From positions 186,001 through 250,000 of the forward strand of contig NC_043017.1 in assembly GCF_006345805.1 (NCBI RefSeq): a DNA stretch of 64,000 nucleotides, written 5' to 3'. A program made the translations under genes and the position numbers. Shown one piece after another: positions 1 to 12,254 of this stretch. Source of the stretch: Octopus sinensis (lineage: Eukaryota). How positions within the stretch are numbered: the first letter of the stretch is position 1; each line of letters begins with the position of its first letter. Below the pieces are notes generated by a model. The model did not search any database and was not told where the DNA came from. It was given only the letters and a program-made list of their open reading frames with translations.

Positions 1-425
1 GCCACTACCTCCATCACCACAACCCCTACTCCAACCACCACCATGACCATCATTATCATTAACATCATCAAAATCTTTATCACCACCACCACCACCTCTG
101 CCACTAGCGTCATTATAATTCCCCCCCCTCCCCATGTATATATCCTAGTGTTTAAGAAATTGGACCCCAGACTGTCTCTGCTTGTGAAGGAGATGAAAAA
201 AGGGATCGGCGCCAGTAGAATGAGCAGCTGGCAGTAAAAGCATTACCTGTCCCATCCACCCATGACATTATGGAAGACAGGACATAAAAATGCTGGTGAT
301 GATGACAATAATAACGTTGAGAACGATGATGATTATGATGACGATAATGATGATAGTGATGATGATGGTGATGATGATGATGGCGGTGGTGATGGTAGTG
401 GTTTCATAGATGATGATGATGGCAG
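1..425. repeat. (ACC/ATC)n and (GAT)n trinucleotide low-complexity tracts
   Basis: Visible degenerate triplet runs at 1-135 and about 290-425. The poly-Thr, poly-Asp and poly-Ile ORFs are artefacts. Confidence 0.9.
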
Positions 426-640
426 ACATGTTAGCATGCCGGGCAAAATGCTTAGCAGTATTTCGTCTGCCGTTATGTTCTGAGTTCAAATTCCACCGAG
501 GTCGACTTTGCCTTTCATCCTTTCGGGGTCGATAAATTAAGTACCAGTCATGCACTGGGGTCGATATAATTGACTTAATCCCTTTGTCTGTCCTTGTTTG
601 TCCCCTTTTTGTTTAGCTCCCTGTGGGCAATAAAGAAATA
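421..640 (+). mobile_element. tRNA-derived SINE, family 2 (GAGTTCAAATTCCACCGAGGTCGACTTTGCC type)
   Basis: B-box-like GAGTTCAAATTCC. The same body recurs at 12363-12570, 44040-44700, 47290-47460 and 49690-50690. Confidence 0.8.
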
Positions 641-749
641 ATATGATGTTGATGTGATGATGATAATGAAGGTGATGATGGTGATAGAACAATGATGCTG
701 TTGCTGCTGATGGTGATTATATATATAAATAAATATATATATATATATA

Positions 750-780
<31 letters not shown>

Positions 781-782
781 CT

Positions 783-1345
783 TTGATACTTTGATACTTT
801 GATAGGTTTCGACCATTATTGGCCCAGGCCATGTCTAATTTAATAGCACCACCAGGTGAAGTCTTTCAAGTCAGAATTTGGGCACTATGGCCCACTCAAG
901 TAGAGAGTTATTGTTTACAGAGACATATCCGGGTGTAGGGGGTTTATCCGGGATTCCTTGAAGGAATCTGTCCAAAGACTTCTTGAACCCTATAGGGTCA
1001 GTTTCTGTTTTAATGTGTTTTGGTGTAATGTTAAAGAGAGCGGGGCCAATTGAGGTGAAATAATTGTGCCGTATTGTTGTTATGAGATGAGAGTGCGATT
1101 TTTGTTGTGGGTGGATGGCACAGGGCCCAAGCCTTGGATGTACCTTAAAGGTGATGCCAACATCATTTGGGCAATGCTGATGGAATATTTTCCACATCAT
1201 GCAGATGATGTAGCACTTACGGCGACGTTGGAGAGAATAAAGTTTTAGCTTTTCTAGTCGACCCCAATAGTCGAGGCCTGTCATGCCATCTATCTTTTTT
1301 GTGATTGGGTCTGTTTCGGGGATGAGTTTCACCAACATTTACAAC
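783..1345 (-). mobile_element. 5'-truncated LINE 3' end (CR1/L2-group-like ORF2 C-terminus, 3' UTR and (ATCAAAGT)n tail)
   Basis: ORF 871-1338(-) has YWGRLEKLKLYSLQRRR and FKKSLDRFLQGIPDKP, homologous to the C-terminus of the 985-aa ORF at 32425. It is a diverged sister family. Confidence 0.85.
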
Positions 1346-1359
1346 ATCAACAACAGAGT

Positions 1360-1800
1360 GGAGGAGTCATGTTGTGGGCTGGTATCATTGGGGAAAGACT
1401 TGTTGGCCCAGTCAGGGTGCCCAAAGGGGTCAAAATGACTACAGCCACCTACTGTAATCTCCTGAAGGAGGTCTTGGATCCCTGGCTAGATGACATACTG
1501 CTGTCACTTCTCAGGAATCTCATATTCGTGCATGACAATGCACTCTCCCACTCTGCTAGGACCACCCAAACATTACTAAGGTCTTATGGCATACAAGGTG
1601 AAAGGTTGATGGTGTGGCTGCCAGCATCTCCAACACTGTTGAAGTCTTTGGTCCATCATCAAACAAAATGTTTATGCCAATGAACACCGATTTACATTGA
1701 AAGATGTCTTTTGGGTAACCATCAAAGCTGCAGCAGAGGCAGTCCAACCTGCTACTATTAAGAAATTGACAAATTGAAGTTATCCGTCGAAATGGCACTC
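1360..1800 (+). pseudogene. Tc1/mariner DDE transposase fragment, frameshifted
   Basis: MLWAGII...FVHDNALSHSA...VWLPASP motifs, then a shifted frame WSIIKQNVY...LKDVFWVTIKAAAEAV. Confidence 0.8.
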
Positions 1801-2139
1801 ATGTAGCTAAATCATTCATTATGTCAATAAATGTTATAATATTATTATTATGGTTTTCTGTTAGATATATACCCTTCATTAGCCTTCATTTTCTGAAAAA
1901 ATTGTCTAGATGGGCTATTTTTATCCAAAAGCTATTAGCATGGTTTGCTCCAAAACTGAAGAATTTGAAATAAAAAAGAAAGGACATTACACAGAATAAT
2001 GAAAACAACAATGGTGTTGCCATAGTGTGGAAACCAGCTGGGAAAAGTTTTATCAAAATTGATTACCAGAAAACTGAGAAATCCTAAATTCCACTTCTAA
2101 GCTATTGGTATGGTTCTGGGTGTATGTATATATCTTTTA

Positions 2140-2520
2140 TTTTTTGTTTCAGTCATCTGACTGCAGCCATGCTGGGGCACTGCCTTGAAGAATTTTTAGT
2201 CAGTCGAATCAACTGCAGTCCTTTTTTTAAAACCTGGTACTGATTAGTCCCTAACCCTAAACAGCTAAATTATAGGGATGTTAACAATGGTTGTCAAATG
2301 GCAGAAGGGCACAAATACAAAGACAGACAGACAGACACACACACACACAAACACATGCAATAAGCTTCCACGCAATTTTCATCAAACAAATCCATTTACT
2401 CACAAGGCACTGGTTAGCCCAGAGCTGTAGCAGAAGACATTTACCCATCGTAATGTGTAGTAGAATTGAACCCAAAGCCATGTGGTTAGGAAGCAAATTT
2501 GTTACCATAGAGCCATACCC
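2140..2520 (-). mobile_element. tRNA-derived SINE, family 1 (tail GGTGCYCCAGCATGGCC...TGAAAC)
   Basis: Reverse complement of the family seen complete at 36583-36982. Internal (CA)n. Confidence 0.8.
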
Positions 2521-2544
2521 AAGCCTATATCACATGATTATGTG

Positions 2545-2700
2545 ATTGGCCAGAATATCAGATGTTGTTACACATCACTGGTCAAAATGTGCTTTGCTTT
2601 GTGTTAGCCTTTGAATGATGCCACCCTGGTGGCTAGGTAAGCAGTTCAACATTCTACCCCTGATTGAAAAGGGAGCTGGAGCAACAAGGAATGAAGTACA
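2545..2700 (-). mobile_element. SINE family 4 fragment
   Basis: Matches the body of 46947-47252 (GATGTTGYTACACATC...GATGCCAC). Confidence 0.6.
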
Positions 2701-3023
2701 TAAATATCAACAAACAAATATTTGTTCTTTTCATTAGAAACATCGAAAATGTGTATTCTATGATACAAATGAGATGATATTTTTTTGAACGAAGAGTTGC
2801 CATTAGAACAGCAGAAATACTGTGTACGTTACCCTTACAAGGTGGAAAAACTTGTCAACAACCATACAAGGGACATGAACCCATATCCCTCAAAGACTCT
2901 GGCTGAATGCTTTACCATTAAACTAAACTACCTGCTGAGAAATTCACTGCTGAATTTAGACACTAAATACTTTAGCTTTATGGAACAACTGTGTGTGTAT
3001 AAATGTAAACAAATATTTGTTCT

Positions 3024-3328
3024 CGCCAAGCTGATATGGCAGTCCTGGGGACGAATGCTGCCATTGATTAGCTCCAAGAGACCATCACCTCTAGCTAGCT
3101 ATGTGACACATGAACCTGTGTCCATTATAACTTTCGAACAAGGGAGGTCAGCCACTCCTCCTTGCTGGTTAGGTATCTGCAGTCTAGTTTCAGGGTATTT
3201 GCCCCTTATCAATGCAGAGCAGCCAAACCCAGCAGGCATTGCTATTAACTGTCTGTTTGAAGGATTATTTACCTTAATTCAGTGGAATACATCCACTGGT
3301 TTTCAAAACAAGAAATATTAAAATTTCT
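3024..3328 (-). mobile_element. Short HHR-bearing repeat (family A) with 13-bp target-site duplication
   Basis: Homologous along its length to 22064-22385. AAATATTTGTTCT flanks it at 3011-3023 and 3329-3341. Confidence 0.7.
3177..3217 (-). ncRNA. Minimal type-I hammerhead, U3:A8 core variant, cleavage site decayed
   Basis: CUGCA-UUGAUAA-GGGG caaaua CCCU-GAAAC UAG a C-UGCAG. Stems I and II pair; U16.1 appears mutated to A. Confidence 0.7.
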
Positions 3329-3499
3329 AAATATTTGTTCTTTTCATTAGAAGTGTAGAAAATGCCACTTGGTCTGGGAATCAAACTCATAATCTAGGAA
3401 TCATGAGTGCAACAACCTAACCACCAGGTCACAGCTGAGTAAAGATGTGTCAATCTCTAAGTGTGGTGGGAACCTGTGGAAGAGGTTGGTAGACTCAGG

Positions 3500-3785
3500 A
3501 TGACAAGTGATTGAGACCTTTGGTGATTTGCTATGAAACTTAAGAAAACTCGTCAAGTGGAATCATGGTTATGGTCAGTGTTGATGACACATAAAAGCAC
3601 CTGTGCTGGTGACACATTGAAGGTACCCACTACACTCTGCTGGGTGGTTGGCATTAGGAATGGCATTCAGCCATAGAAACCAAGCCAAAATCAGACTGGC
3701 ATCTGGTAGTTTTCTGGCTTACTGGTTCCAGCCAAACCATCTAACCCATACCAGCATGGAAAGTGGACACTAAATGATGATGATA
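3500..3785 (+). mobile_element. SINE-like element with RTE-type 3' end (family 3)
   Basis: CACTACACTC...GGTTGGCATTAGGAA...CATGGAAAGTGGACACTAAATGATGATGAT. Confidence 0.75.
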
Positions 3786-4059
3786 TTCAATTATGAACTA
3801 GAAGCAGTCCTACTGTTGTAAACATTATCAACCGCACATACTAAGTTCATATGTTTTGCTTGTTTGCTGGTATGCTGCAGTTTAGCATGGTGGGGATGAC
3901 TTCCTCTTAGCATAGTTTGTGTTAAAACACCTGAGAGTCATAGTCAGGCAAGACAACTCCCCCTTATTCCCATTCCCATTCAGGAGTGATGGATATTGAT
4001 ATTTCACCATTTTTGTGGCTTATCAACATCAAGTACCTGAATTGAATCATCAGTCCCTG

Positions 4060-4385
4060 ACTATATCAACTGGCACTCCATCGGTGATGACAATGAGGGT
4101 TCCAGTTGATCTGATCAAAGGAACAAACTGCTTGTGAAGTTAACATGCAAGTGATTGAGCATTCCACAGACACATGTACCCTTAGCAGAGTTCTCAGGGG
4201 GATTCAGCGTGACACAGAATGTGACAAGGCTGGCCCTTTGAAATACAGGCACAACTCGTTTTGCCAGCTGAGTGCATTGGAGCAATGTGAAATAAAGTGT
4301 CTTACTCAAGGATACAATACATCACTAAGAATTGAACCCATGACTGCGTGATCAAAAGCTGAATTCCTTAACCACTAAGCCATGT
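4060..4385 (-). mobile_element. tRNA-headed SINE with CORE-like central domain
   Basis: Minus strand GGCTTAGTGGTTAAG (A box) and GGTTCAATTC (B box), then CCTTGAGTAAGACACTTTATTTCAC...CACTCAGCTG. Confidence 0.65.
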
Positions 4386-4439
4386 GCCATCACAATGATT
4401 AAATACAAATAGCGTAAAAACAATTTGCTGGTATGATAT

Positions 4440-4670
4440 ATTCTTTCATTCTTTTACTTGTTTCAGTTATTTGACTGTGGCCATGCTGGAGCACAACCGC
4501 GAAGGGTTTTACCTGAACAAATCAACCCCAAAACTTATTAGTTAATTCTATTGCTCTCTTTTGTTGAACCACTAAGTTATGGGAATGTAAACACACCAAC
4601 ACTGATTGTGAAGCAGTGATAGGTGAAGACAAACACAGACAGAAAGACACACAGACATATATACATACAT
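4440..4670 (-). mobile_element. SINE family 1, 3' half
   Basis: TTTCAGTTATTTGACTGTGGCCATGCTGGAGCAC is the reverse complement of the family tail. Confidence 0.75.
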
Positions 4671-4820
4671 AAATATATATAAAATATGAGTGGTTTGGCT
4701 CACTTGTGATCTAAACAAATAGGTACGCTAGGCAAGTGCTATAGTTGGTCGACCATCAGGCTTCAAGATCACAGTTAAGGGTGGATCTATGGATCTGTAT
4801 TAGGGTTCCGTTATAGCATA

Positions 4821-5245
4821 TATATATTATATTAGAGGAAAAACCAAATCCAAGGCAAAACAAGTATCTCAAGTTATTTAGACTAATTTAATTAGGGTAA
4901 GGTGAATTTGAAGTCTTACAGCTGTTTTGAGGATAACCCAGGTGGTTGGTTAGCATGTCCATGCACTGGGTATTTTGTTATCAGAGACAAAGTATGAATA
5001 TCTTAGATGGGGAAAATTTATTCCTTATAAACTGAGAATTTTATTCCTTGTAAGGTGTAAATTTTTCCTGTCTAAAATATGATGATGGACTAACCAGTGC
5101 ATGGATATGAAACCAACCACTTGGGTTATCCCAGAAACAGCTGTAAGACTTCAAAATTCACCTTAATCTAGTTAAATTATTCTAAATGACTGGAGATACT
5201 TGTCCAGCCTTGGTTGTGATTTTTCCTCTAATATAATATAATATA
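4821..5245. mobile_element. Head-to-head fold-back of two HHR-bearing units (family B)
   Basis: About 165-bp imperfect inverted arms (4821-4988 and 5079-5245). Each has GAAACAGCTGTAAGAC or a variant, an extended stem II and a decayed CTGATGA. Confidence 0.8.
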
Positions 5246-5269
5246 ATATAATATAATATATATATATAT

Positions 5270-5410
5270 GACAGGTTTCTTTCAATTTCTGCCGTCCAGA
5301 TCCACTCACAAACCTTTGGTCAGTCCGAGGCTATAGTAGAAGACACTTGCCCAAGGTGTCACGTAGTGGGACTGAACCTGGAACCATGTGGTGAGGAAGC
5401 AAGCTTCTTA

Positions 5411-5462
<52 letters not shown>

Positions 5463-5660
5463 ACACATATATATATATACACACACACACACCATAGACT
5501 TCCACAGTTTTCGTCTACCTAAATCTACTCATTCAAAAAGCATTGATTGACCTTGGGCTACAGTAGAAAATATTTGAATGAGGTGCAGTCACACAGTGGA
5601 ACTGAACCCAAATCCAAATCCTTGGGAAGCAAACTAGTTACCACACAGCTAAGCCTGGAC
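5270..5660 (-). mobile_element. Two SINE family 1 5' halves separated by (TA)n
   Basis: AGAAGACACTTGCCCAAGGTG...GGACTGAACC repeated at about 5270-5412 and 5490-5660. Confidence 0.7.
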
Positions 5661-6134
5661 CTCCCTTGTTTTCTAAAACAAATCCGATACCCAAATATTT
5701 TATAAACTTATCTGGCACCTCGTCGTCTTTATGGAAAAGACAGAAGAATTACATGGCAGCAAAAGAAAAAAAAAAAAAAAAAGGATTTTGTTGTATTCTT
5801 ATTAAAAGAGGGGATGGAGGGGTGCTAGAAAATTGCACACATATATTTGTGGTAGAGTAGAGGGGTGGATAGTTGAGGCTTGATATTTTGTCTAGAATTA
5901 CTGCCCCAAAATTTCATGAGGAGTCTTAGCCTGCTGGGCCTCTATATAACGAGGTTTTTGGGAATTAAGTACTTTGTTTTTACATGTCTCCATAAAAACA
6001 AAGTAGAGTTGTTGCTGCTGTTGGTGGTGGTGGTCATATTGGTGGTATTGGTTGTGATTGTGATAGTGGTGCTGGTGTTGGTGGTTGTGATGGTGGTGTT
6101 GGTGATGGTGGTGGTGGTGTTGGTTGTTGTGACG

Positions 6135-6460
6135 GTGGAGGTTGTAGTGGTGGTGGTATTGATGATTCTGGTAGTGATGATGGTGATTCTGGTGGTGGTG
6201 TTGGTGGTTGTGATGGTGGAGGTTGTAGTGGTGGTGGTATTGATGATTCTGGTAGTGATGATGGTGATTCTGGTGGTGGTGTTGGTGGTTGTGATGGTGG
6301 AGGTTGTAGTGGTGGTGGTATTGATGATTCTGGTAGTGATGATGGTGATTCTGGTGGTGGTGTTGGTGGTGTTGGTGGTTGTGATGGTGGAGGTTGTAGT
6401 GGTGGTGGTATTGATGATTCTGGTAGTGATGATGGTGATTCTGGTGGTGGTGTTGCTGTT
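6135..6460. repeat. 81-bp minisatellite (4 units) inside a GGT/GAT-rich tract (about 5990-6800)
   Basis: GTGGAGGTTGTAGTGG starts at 6135, 6216, 6297 and 6387 (81, 81 and 90 bp spacing). Confidence 0.9.
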
Positions 6461-7082
6461 GGTTGTGATGGTGGTGGTGTTGATTGTGGTTGTGGTGGTC
6501 ATGGTTCTAGTGGTACCATTTCTTGCTGGGGATAATGATAGTGGTGTTTGCGATGTTGTCAGTTGTGTTGTTGTGGGTTTTCTCATGGTGTCAGTTGGTA
6601 TTGTGGATGAAGTGGATGCCAGTGGTTGTGACGGTCTGGTGGTAGATTGACAGTGCTGGTAATAGCGTTGGTGGTTGCAACAGTGATAGTACTTGTAATA
6701 GTACTATGCTGATGGTTGTGGTATTTCTGACAGTGCTGTGGTGGTAGTGGTGGTATGAATTCTTGTTGGTGATGATGGTGGTGGTGTTGGGGACGGTACA
6801 CAATCCACCAATGCCAACATGAGAGTAAACAAAACAAATCACATACAGCGGCGGCAGATATTGATTGAAATGTCAGCTGTTGCTATGACAACAATGGAGA
6901 CACAACAGTACAACAACCAACTCCACCACAATGCAAGCTGTTACCACTCTGTGTATGTATGTATGTATGCATGTATATGTATGTCTATATATAATAATAT
7001 ATATATATATGCATATATATATATATATATATATGCATATATATATATATATATATATGCATATATGTATATATATATATAT

Positions 7083-9327
7083 CATCATCATCATCATCAT
7101 CATTTAGCGTCCGTTTTCCATGCTAGCATGGGTTGGACGGTTCAACTGGGTCTGGGGAGCCCGAAGGCTGCACCAGGCCAGTCAGATCTGGCAGTGTTTT
7201 CTACAGCTGGATGCCCTTCCTAACGCCAACCACTCCGAGAGTGTAGTGGGTGATTTTATGTGCCACCGACACAGGTGCCAGACGAGGCTGGCGAACGGCC
7301 ACGCTCGGATGGTGTTTTTATGTGCCACGACACAGGTGCCAGACGAGGCTGGCAGACGGCACGCTCGGATGGTGTTTTTATGTGCCACCGACACAGGTGC
7401 CAGATGAGGCTGGCAGGTGCCAGACGAGGCTGGCAGACGGCCACGCTCGGATGGTGTTTTTATGTGCCACCGACACGGTGCCAGATGAGGCTGGCGGACG
7501 GCCACGATCGGATGGTGTTTGTTACGTCCCCAAAGCACGGAGGCCAGTCTATGCGGTACTGGCTACGGCCACGTTTCGGATGATTTTCTTGTGTGCCACC
7601 GGCACTGGTACCACAAAGATACAAATTCCATTTATGCTCATCTATTTTGATTTGTTTTGATTTGATTTGATTTTCACTTGCCTCAACAGGTCTTCACAAT
7701 GTCACAAGAAGGAAGGTATGCACAGGTGGACTGTCTACGTGTCGCCGGGTCTTCGGATGGTGTCTTTATGTGCCACCGACACAGGTGCCAGATTTTGGCT
7801 GGCGACGGCCACGATCGGATGGTTTTCTTGTGTGCCACCGGTACTGGAACCACAAAGATACAAATTCCATTGATGTTCATCTATTTTGATTTGGTTTGAT
7901 TTTCACTTGCCTCAACAGGTCTTCACAAGTGTCACGCGTGTCACACACTTGCCTCACAGGTCTCCACAAGTGTCACACACTTGCCTCTGCCTCAACAGGT
8001 CTTCACAAAGTGTCCACACACTTGCCTCTGCCTCAACAGGTCTTCACAAGTGTCATAAGAGGGAAGGTATGCACAGGTGGACTGACTACGTCGCCGGGTC
8101 TTTGGATGGTGTTTTTATGTGCCACCGACACAGGTGCCAGGTGAGACTGGCGACGGCCACGATCAGATGGTGTTTGTTGTGCCCACACACGGAGGCCAGT
8201 CGATGCGGTACCAGCTACGGCCACTTCGGATGGTTTTCTTGTGTCCACACCGTACTGGAACCACAAAGATACAAATTCCATTGATATTCATCTATTTTGA
8301 TTTGGTTTGATTTTCACTTGCCTCAACAGGTCTTCACAAGTGTCACACACTTGCCTCAACAGGTCTTCACAAGTGTCATAAGAGGGAAGGTATGCACAGG
8401 TGGACTGACTACGTCGCCGGGTCTTCGGATGGTGTCTTATGTGCCACCGGCACAGGTGCCAGATGAGGCTGGCAACGGCCACGATCGGATGGTGTTTGTT
8501 GTGCCCACAGCACGGAGGCCAGTCGATGCGGTACTGGTTACGGCCACGTTTGGGTGGTTTTCTTGTTGCCACCGGCACTGGTACCACAAAGAATACAATT
8601 CCACTGATGTTCATCTATTTTGATTTGTTTTGATTTGATTTGATTTTCACTTGCCTCAACAGGTCTTCATAAGTGTCACAAGAAGGAAGGTATGCACAGG
8701 ACTGACTACGTCCCAGGTCGGGGCCACGGGTTATGGCCTGACTAGTCTTGCCGGGTCTTCTCATGCACAGCATACTTCCATTGGTCTCGGTCTCTAGACA
8801 TTTCCTTAGTGAGACCTAAAGTTCGAAGGTCGTGCTTCACCACCACGTCCCAGGTTTTCCTGGGTCTACCTCTTCCACGGTTCCCTCCACTGCTAGGGTG
8901 TAGCACTTTTGCACACAACTATCTTCAGCCTTTCTTGTCACATGACCATACCAGCGCAGCCGTCTCTCTTGCACGCCACAACTGACGCTTCTTAGTTCAG
9001 CTTTTCTCTCAAGGAACTTACACTCTGACGATTATGAACACTGACATTACACATCCATCGGAGCATACTGGCTTCATTTCTTGCGAGCTTACGCATATCC
9101 TCAGCAGTCACGGCCCATGTTTCACTACCATGTAGCATGGCTGTACGTACACATGCATCATACAGTCTGCCTTTTACTCTGAGCGAGAGGCCTTTTGTCA
9201 CCAGCAGGGGTAAGAGCTCTCTAAACTTTGCCCAGGCTATTCTTACTCTAGCAGTTACACTTTCAGCACACCCACCCCCGCTACTGACTTGGTCTCCTAG
9301 GTAGCGGAAGCTATCAACTACTTCTAG
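7083..9327 (-). mobile_element. 5'-truncated RTE LINE with amplified tandem-repeat 3' UTR and (GAT)n tail
   Basis: ORF 8992-9327(-): [20 protein letters not shown]...LHGSETWAV. ORF end at 8742. Reverse complement of 18200-19547. Confidence 0.92.
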
Positions 9328-9381
9328 ATATACATATATATATATATATATATGCATATATATATTTACATATGCATATAT

Positions 9382-9442
9382 ATGGCGGTGCCCCAGCATG
9401 GCCACAGCTCATAAGCTGAAACTAGAATCAATCAATCAATCA
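9382..9442 (+). mobile_element. Extreme 3' stub of the CR1/L2-group LINE
   Basis: ATGGCGGTGCCCCAGCATGGCCACAGCTCATAAGCTGAAACTAG(AATC)n matches the 3' end at about 31664-31730. Confidence 0.9.
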
Positions 9443-10335
9443 TATATGTATGCATATATATGTGTGTGTGTATGCATATATATATATGAATACATATATA
9501 TGATTACATATGTATATATGCATATATATATGTATATGCATATATATATATATATATATATATACGCATACGTGTATATATATATATATATATGCATACA
9601 TATATACATACATATATTTATATATGCATACATATGTATATATATATATATATATATACATACATATATATATATATATATATACATACATATACATACA
9701 TACATATACATACAAATACATATATACATACATACACATACATACACATATATACATACATACACATACATACACATATATACATACATACACACATATA
9801 TATATACACACACATATATACATACATACACACATATATATATACACACACATATATACATACATACACACACATATATATATATATACACATACATATA
9901 TATATATACACATATATATATATACACATACATATATATATATATACATACATATATATATATACATACATACATATATACATACACATACATATATGTA
10001 TACATACATACACATATATACATATATATATGTATATATATGTATGTGTGTGTATATATATATATATATGTGTGTATGTATGTATATATATACATGTATA
10101 TATGTGTATGTATGTATATATATATATATATAATGTATATATGTGTATGTATGTATATATATATATGTATATATGTGTATATATGTATATATATGTACAT
10201 ATGTATATATGTCTATGTATGTACCTATATATATGTATATATGTCTATGTATGTACCTATATATATGTATATATGTGTATGTATGTAGCTATATATGTGT
10301 ATATATGTATGTATGTATATATATATATATATAGT
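9443..10335. repeat. Compound (TA)/(TACA)/(TGTA) microsatellite
   Basis: Direct inspection; the IYIY/YTHT ORFs are artefacts. Confidence 0.95.
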
Positions 10336-10520
10336 TAATCCAAACAAGAAAGCCAAAAAAAACACAACAACGCGAGGACGTGGAACAAATATAGTATTAT
10401 TGTATGCTCAGGAAAGAAGGAGGGTTTAACGTTTCGAACGGAGCTCTTCGTTGGGAACATAGGAGAAGGAAAGATCCAGAGAAGGGAAGTCTGTGGGAAA
10501 AAAATCGCCAACGGTACACA
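10333..10520 (-). mobile_element. Short HHR-bearing repeat (family C); HHR-like motif at 10424-10458
   Basis: Reverse complement of 42755-42935. Motif GUUC-CCAACGAA-GAGC ucc GUUC-GAAAC GUU-AAAC. Confidence 0.7.
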
Positions 10521-11234
10521 TATATGGCTTCTAACTGTGAGATTCAAAAATAGATAAAGCTATAAATACTAACATAAATATTAGGTTAAAAGCCCTTTTG
10601 GACAGAAAAAGTCAAAGGCTATATATATATACACACACACACACACATATATATGTTATGGACAGAAGGAATGGATGTATATTTACACTTTTAATGTATG
10701 TAAATATATTTAGATAGTGTGCTAAGCACATTTTCTTCGGTCACATGGATATTGGGATGTATTGGACTACATTGCAACGTACCTTCTTCGATATTCATTG
10801 TGTAATATGCTTGTGAGTGTAGGAATATGCATGTATATATCCACATATATATATATATATAAATATGTATGTATAGATATGTGTGTTGTGGTTGTGAATG
10901 TGTCAGTCTAGAAGTAGGGCTTTACATTCAACACTGATGTGGAATTGAATGTCTTTGGTTATGTCCCACAATTCAGGTGTGGGAGTAGCTGAATGGGCAA
11001 GAAGTTTGCTTCACAAACACATGGTCCCAGTTCAGTCACAATTCATGGCATGTTGGACAAATATTTCCCCGTTACAACACATGTGTCAACTAAAGCTTTG
11101 TGAATAGATTTGGTAGATAGAAACTGTTGTAAATATAGATATGTATGTGAGTATGTGTGTGGGCATGTGTCTGTGTGTACATATGTATGTGTGTGTATAT
11201 ATACATGCATGTGTGTGTGTGTGTGTGTAGCATT

Positions 11235-11655
11235 ATTATCATCCTTTAACATCTGTTTTCCATGTTAGCATGGGTTGGATGGTTTGACCAGAGCAGGAGA
11301 GCTGCACCAGGTTTCAGTCTGACCTGTGTTGGTTCTTATGGCTGGATGCCCCACCTAACATGAACCATTTTACAGCACATGCTGAGTGCATATAATGTGG
11401 CACTGGCACACACATGTGCATATGTGCATGAAGGCAGTGTTTCCTTGTCTTGACATCATGTGATAGTTGTAAATGAGTGTCATTCATTTCGAATTTTCCA
11501 TGAAAACATGTCTAGTCATGGGAAAATAATTACTTTACTTGCAAACAGGTGAGGGTTGGCAACAGGAAGGGCATCCAGCCATAGAAAATCTGCTTCAATG
11601 AATTCCATCTGAGCCATGCAAACATGCAAAAGTAGATATTGAAACATTGATGACG
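11235..11655. mobile_element. Two family 3 SINE remnants, (-) at about 11235-11410 and (+) at about 11505-11655
   Basis: CATGTTAGCATGGGTTGG on plus in the first; GGAAGGGCATCCAGCCATAGAAA...GATGA in the second. Confidence 0.65.
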
Positions 11656-11855
11656 ACACACACACACACACGGGCTACATAGTACTTTTGTAGAGTACAA
11701 ATTTATTATTCTCATACAAGAATGTTGTTGACGGTGAGTTTGAAGTCTCAGTGCGCTAAGCCATCTGATGATGGCTTAGATGGTCATATCTTCAAAGTAT
11801 TAATAAAATCATACAGTCATATTTTGAGTTCTATTTTTCCTGTTTGCATCAACAA

Positions 11856-11929
<74 letters not shown>

Positions 11930-12254
11930 TGTATAACATTGTTATCCAACACATGGTGAAAAAGCAGTTATTTAGAAAAACTTTTTTAATTAATTTTTTC
12001 TTTTGTCTGTGTTAATTACTAAAATTTACAAGTGATTATAAGGAATTTTTTATGTCACTAAACAATCTTGGGTGACCTTTCAGGGTCAACAAACATATGT
12101 AACACAACTGAGATTTTACCAAGCCTCTGCTTCTTTTTTTTTTTTTGCTACCTTGTTATTCTTTTAATTAACATAGAGTAATTAGTCATACAAAACAAAT
12201 TAAAAATTCCAGATGTGGCCTTTTGTCTGTGTGTGTGTGTGTGTTTGACTGACA

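Noticed and set aside
2785-3321. 178-aa ORF, and mirrored ORFs at 22054-22332 and 22415-22663
   Set aside because: No recognisable domain; they overlap the non-coding HHR repeat and the frame is not conserved between copies.
7120-8633. ORFs such as MLAWVGRF... and MCHRHRCQ..., and an apparent CRISPR-like repeat array
   Set aside because: These are antisense or off-frame reads of the RTE 3' UTR and family 3 SINE. The repeats are tandem without unique spacers, there are no cas genes and the context is eukaryotic.
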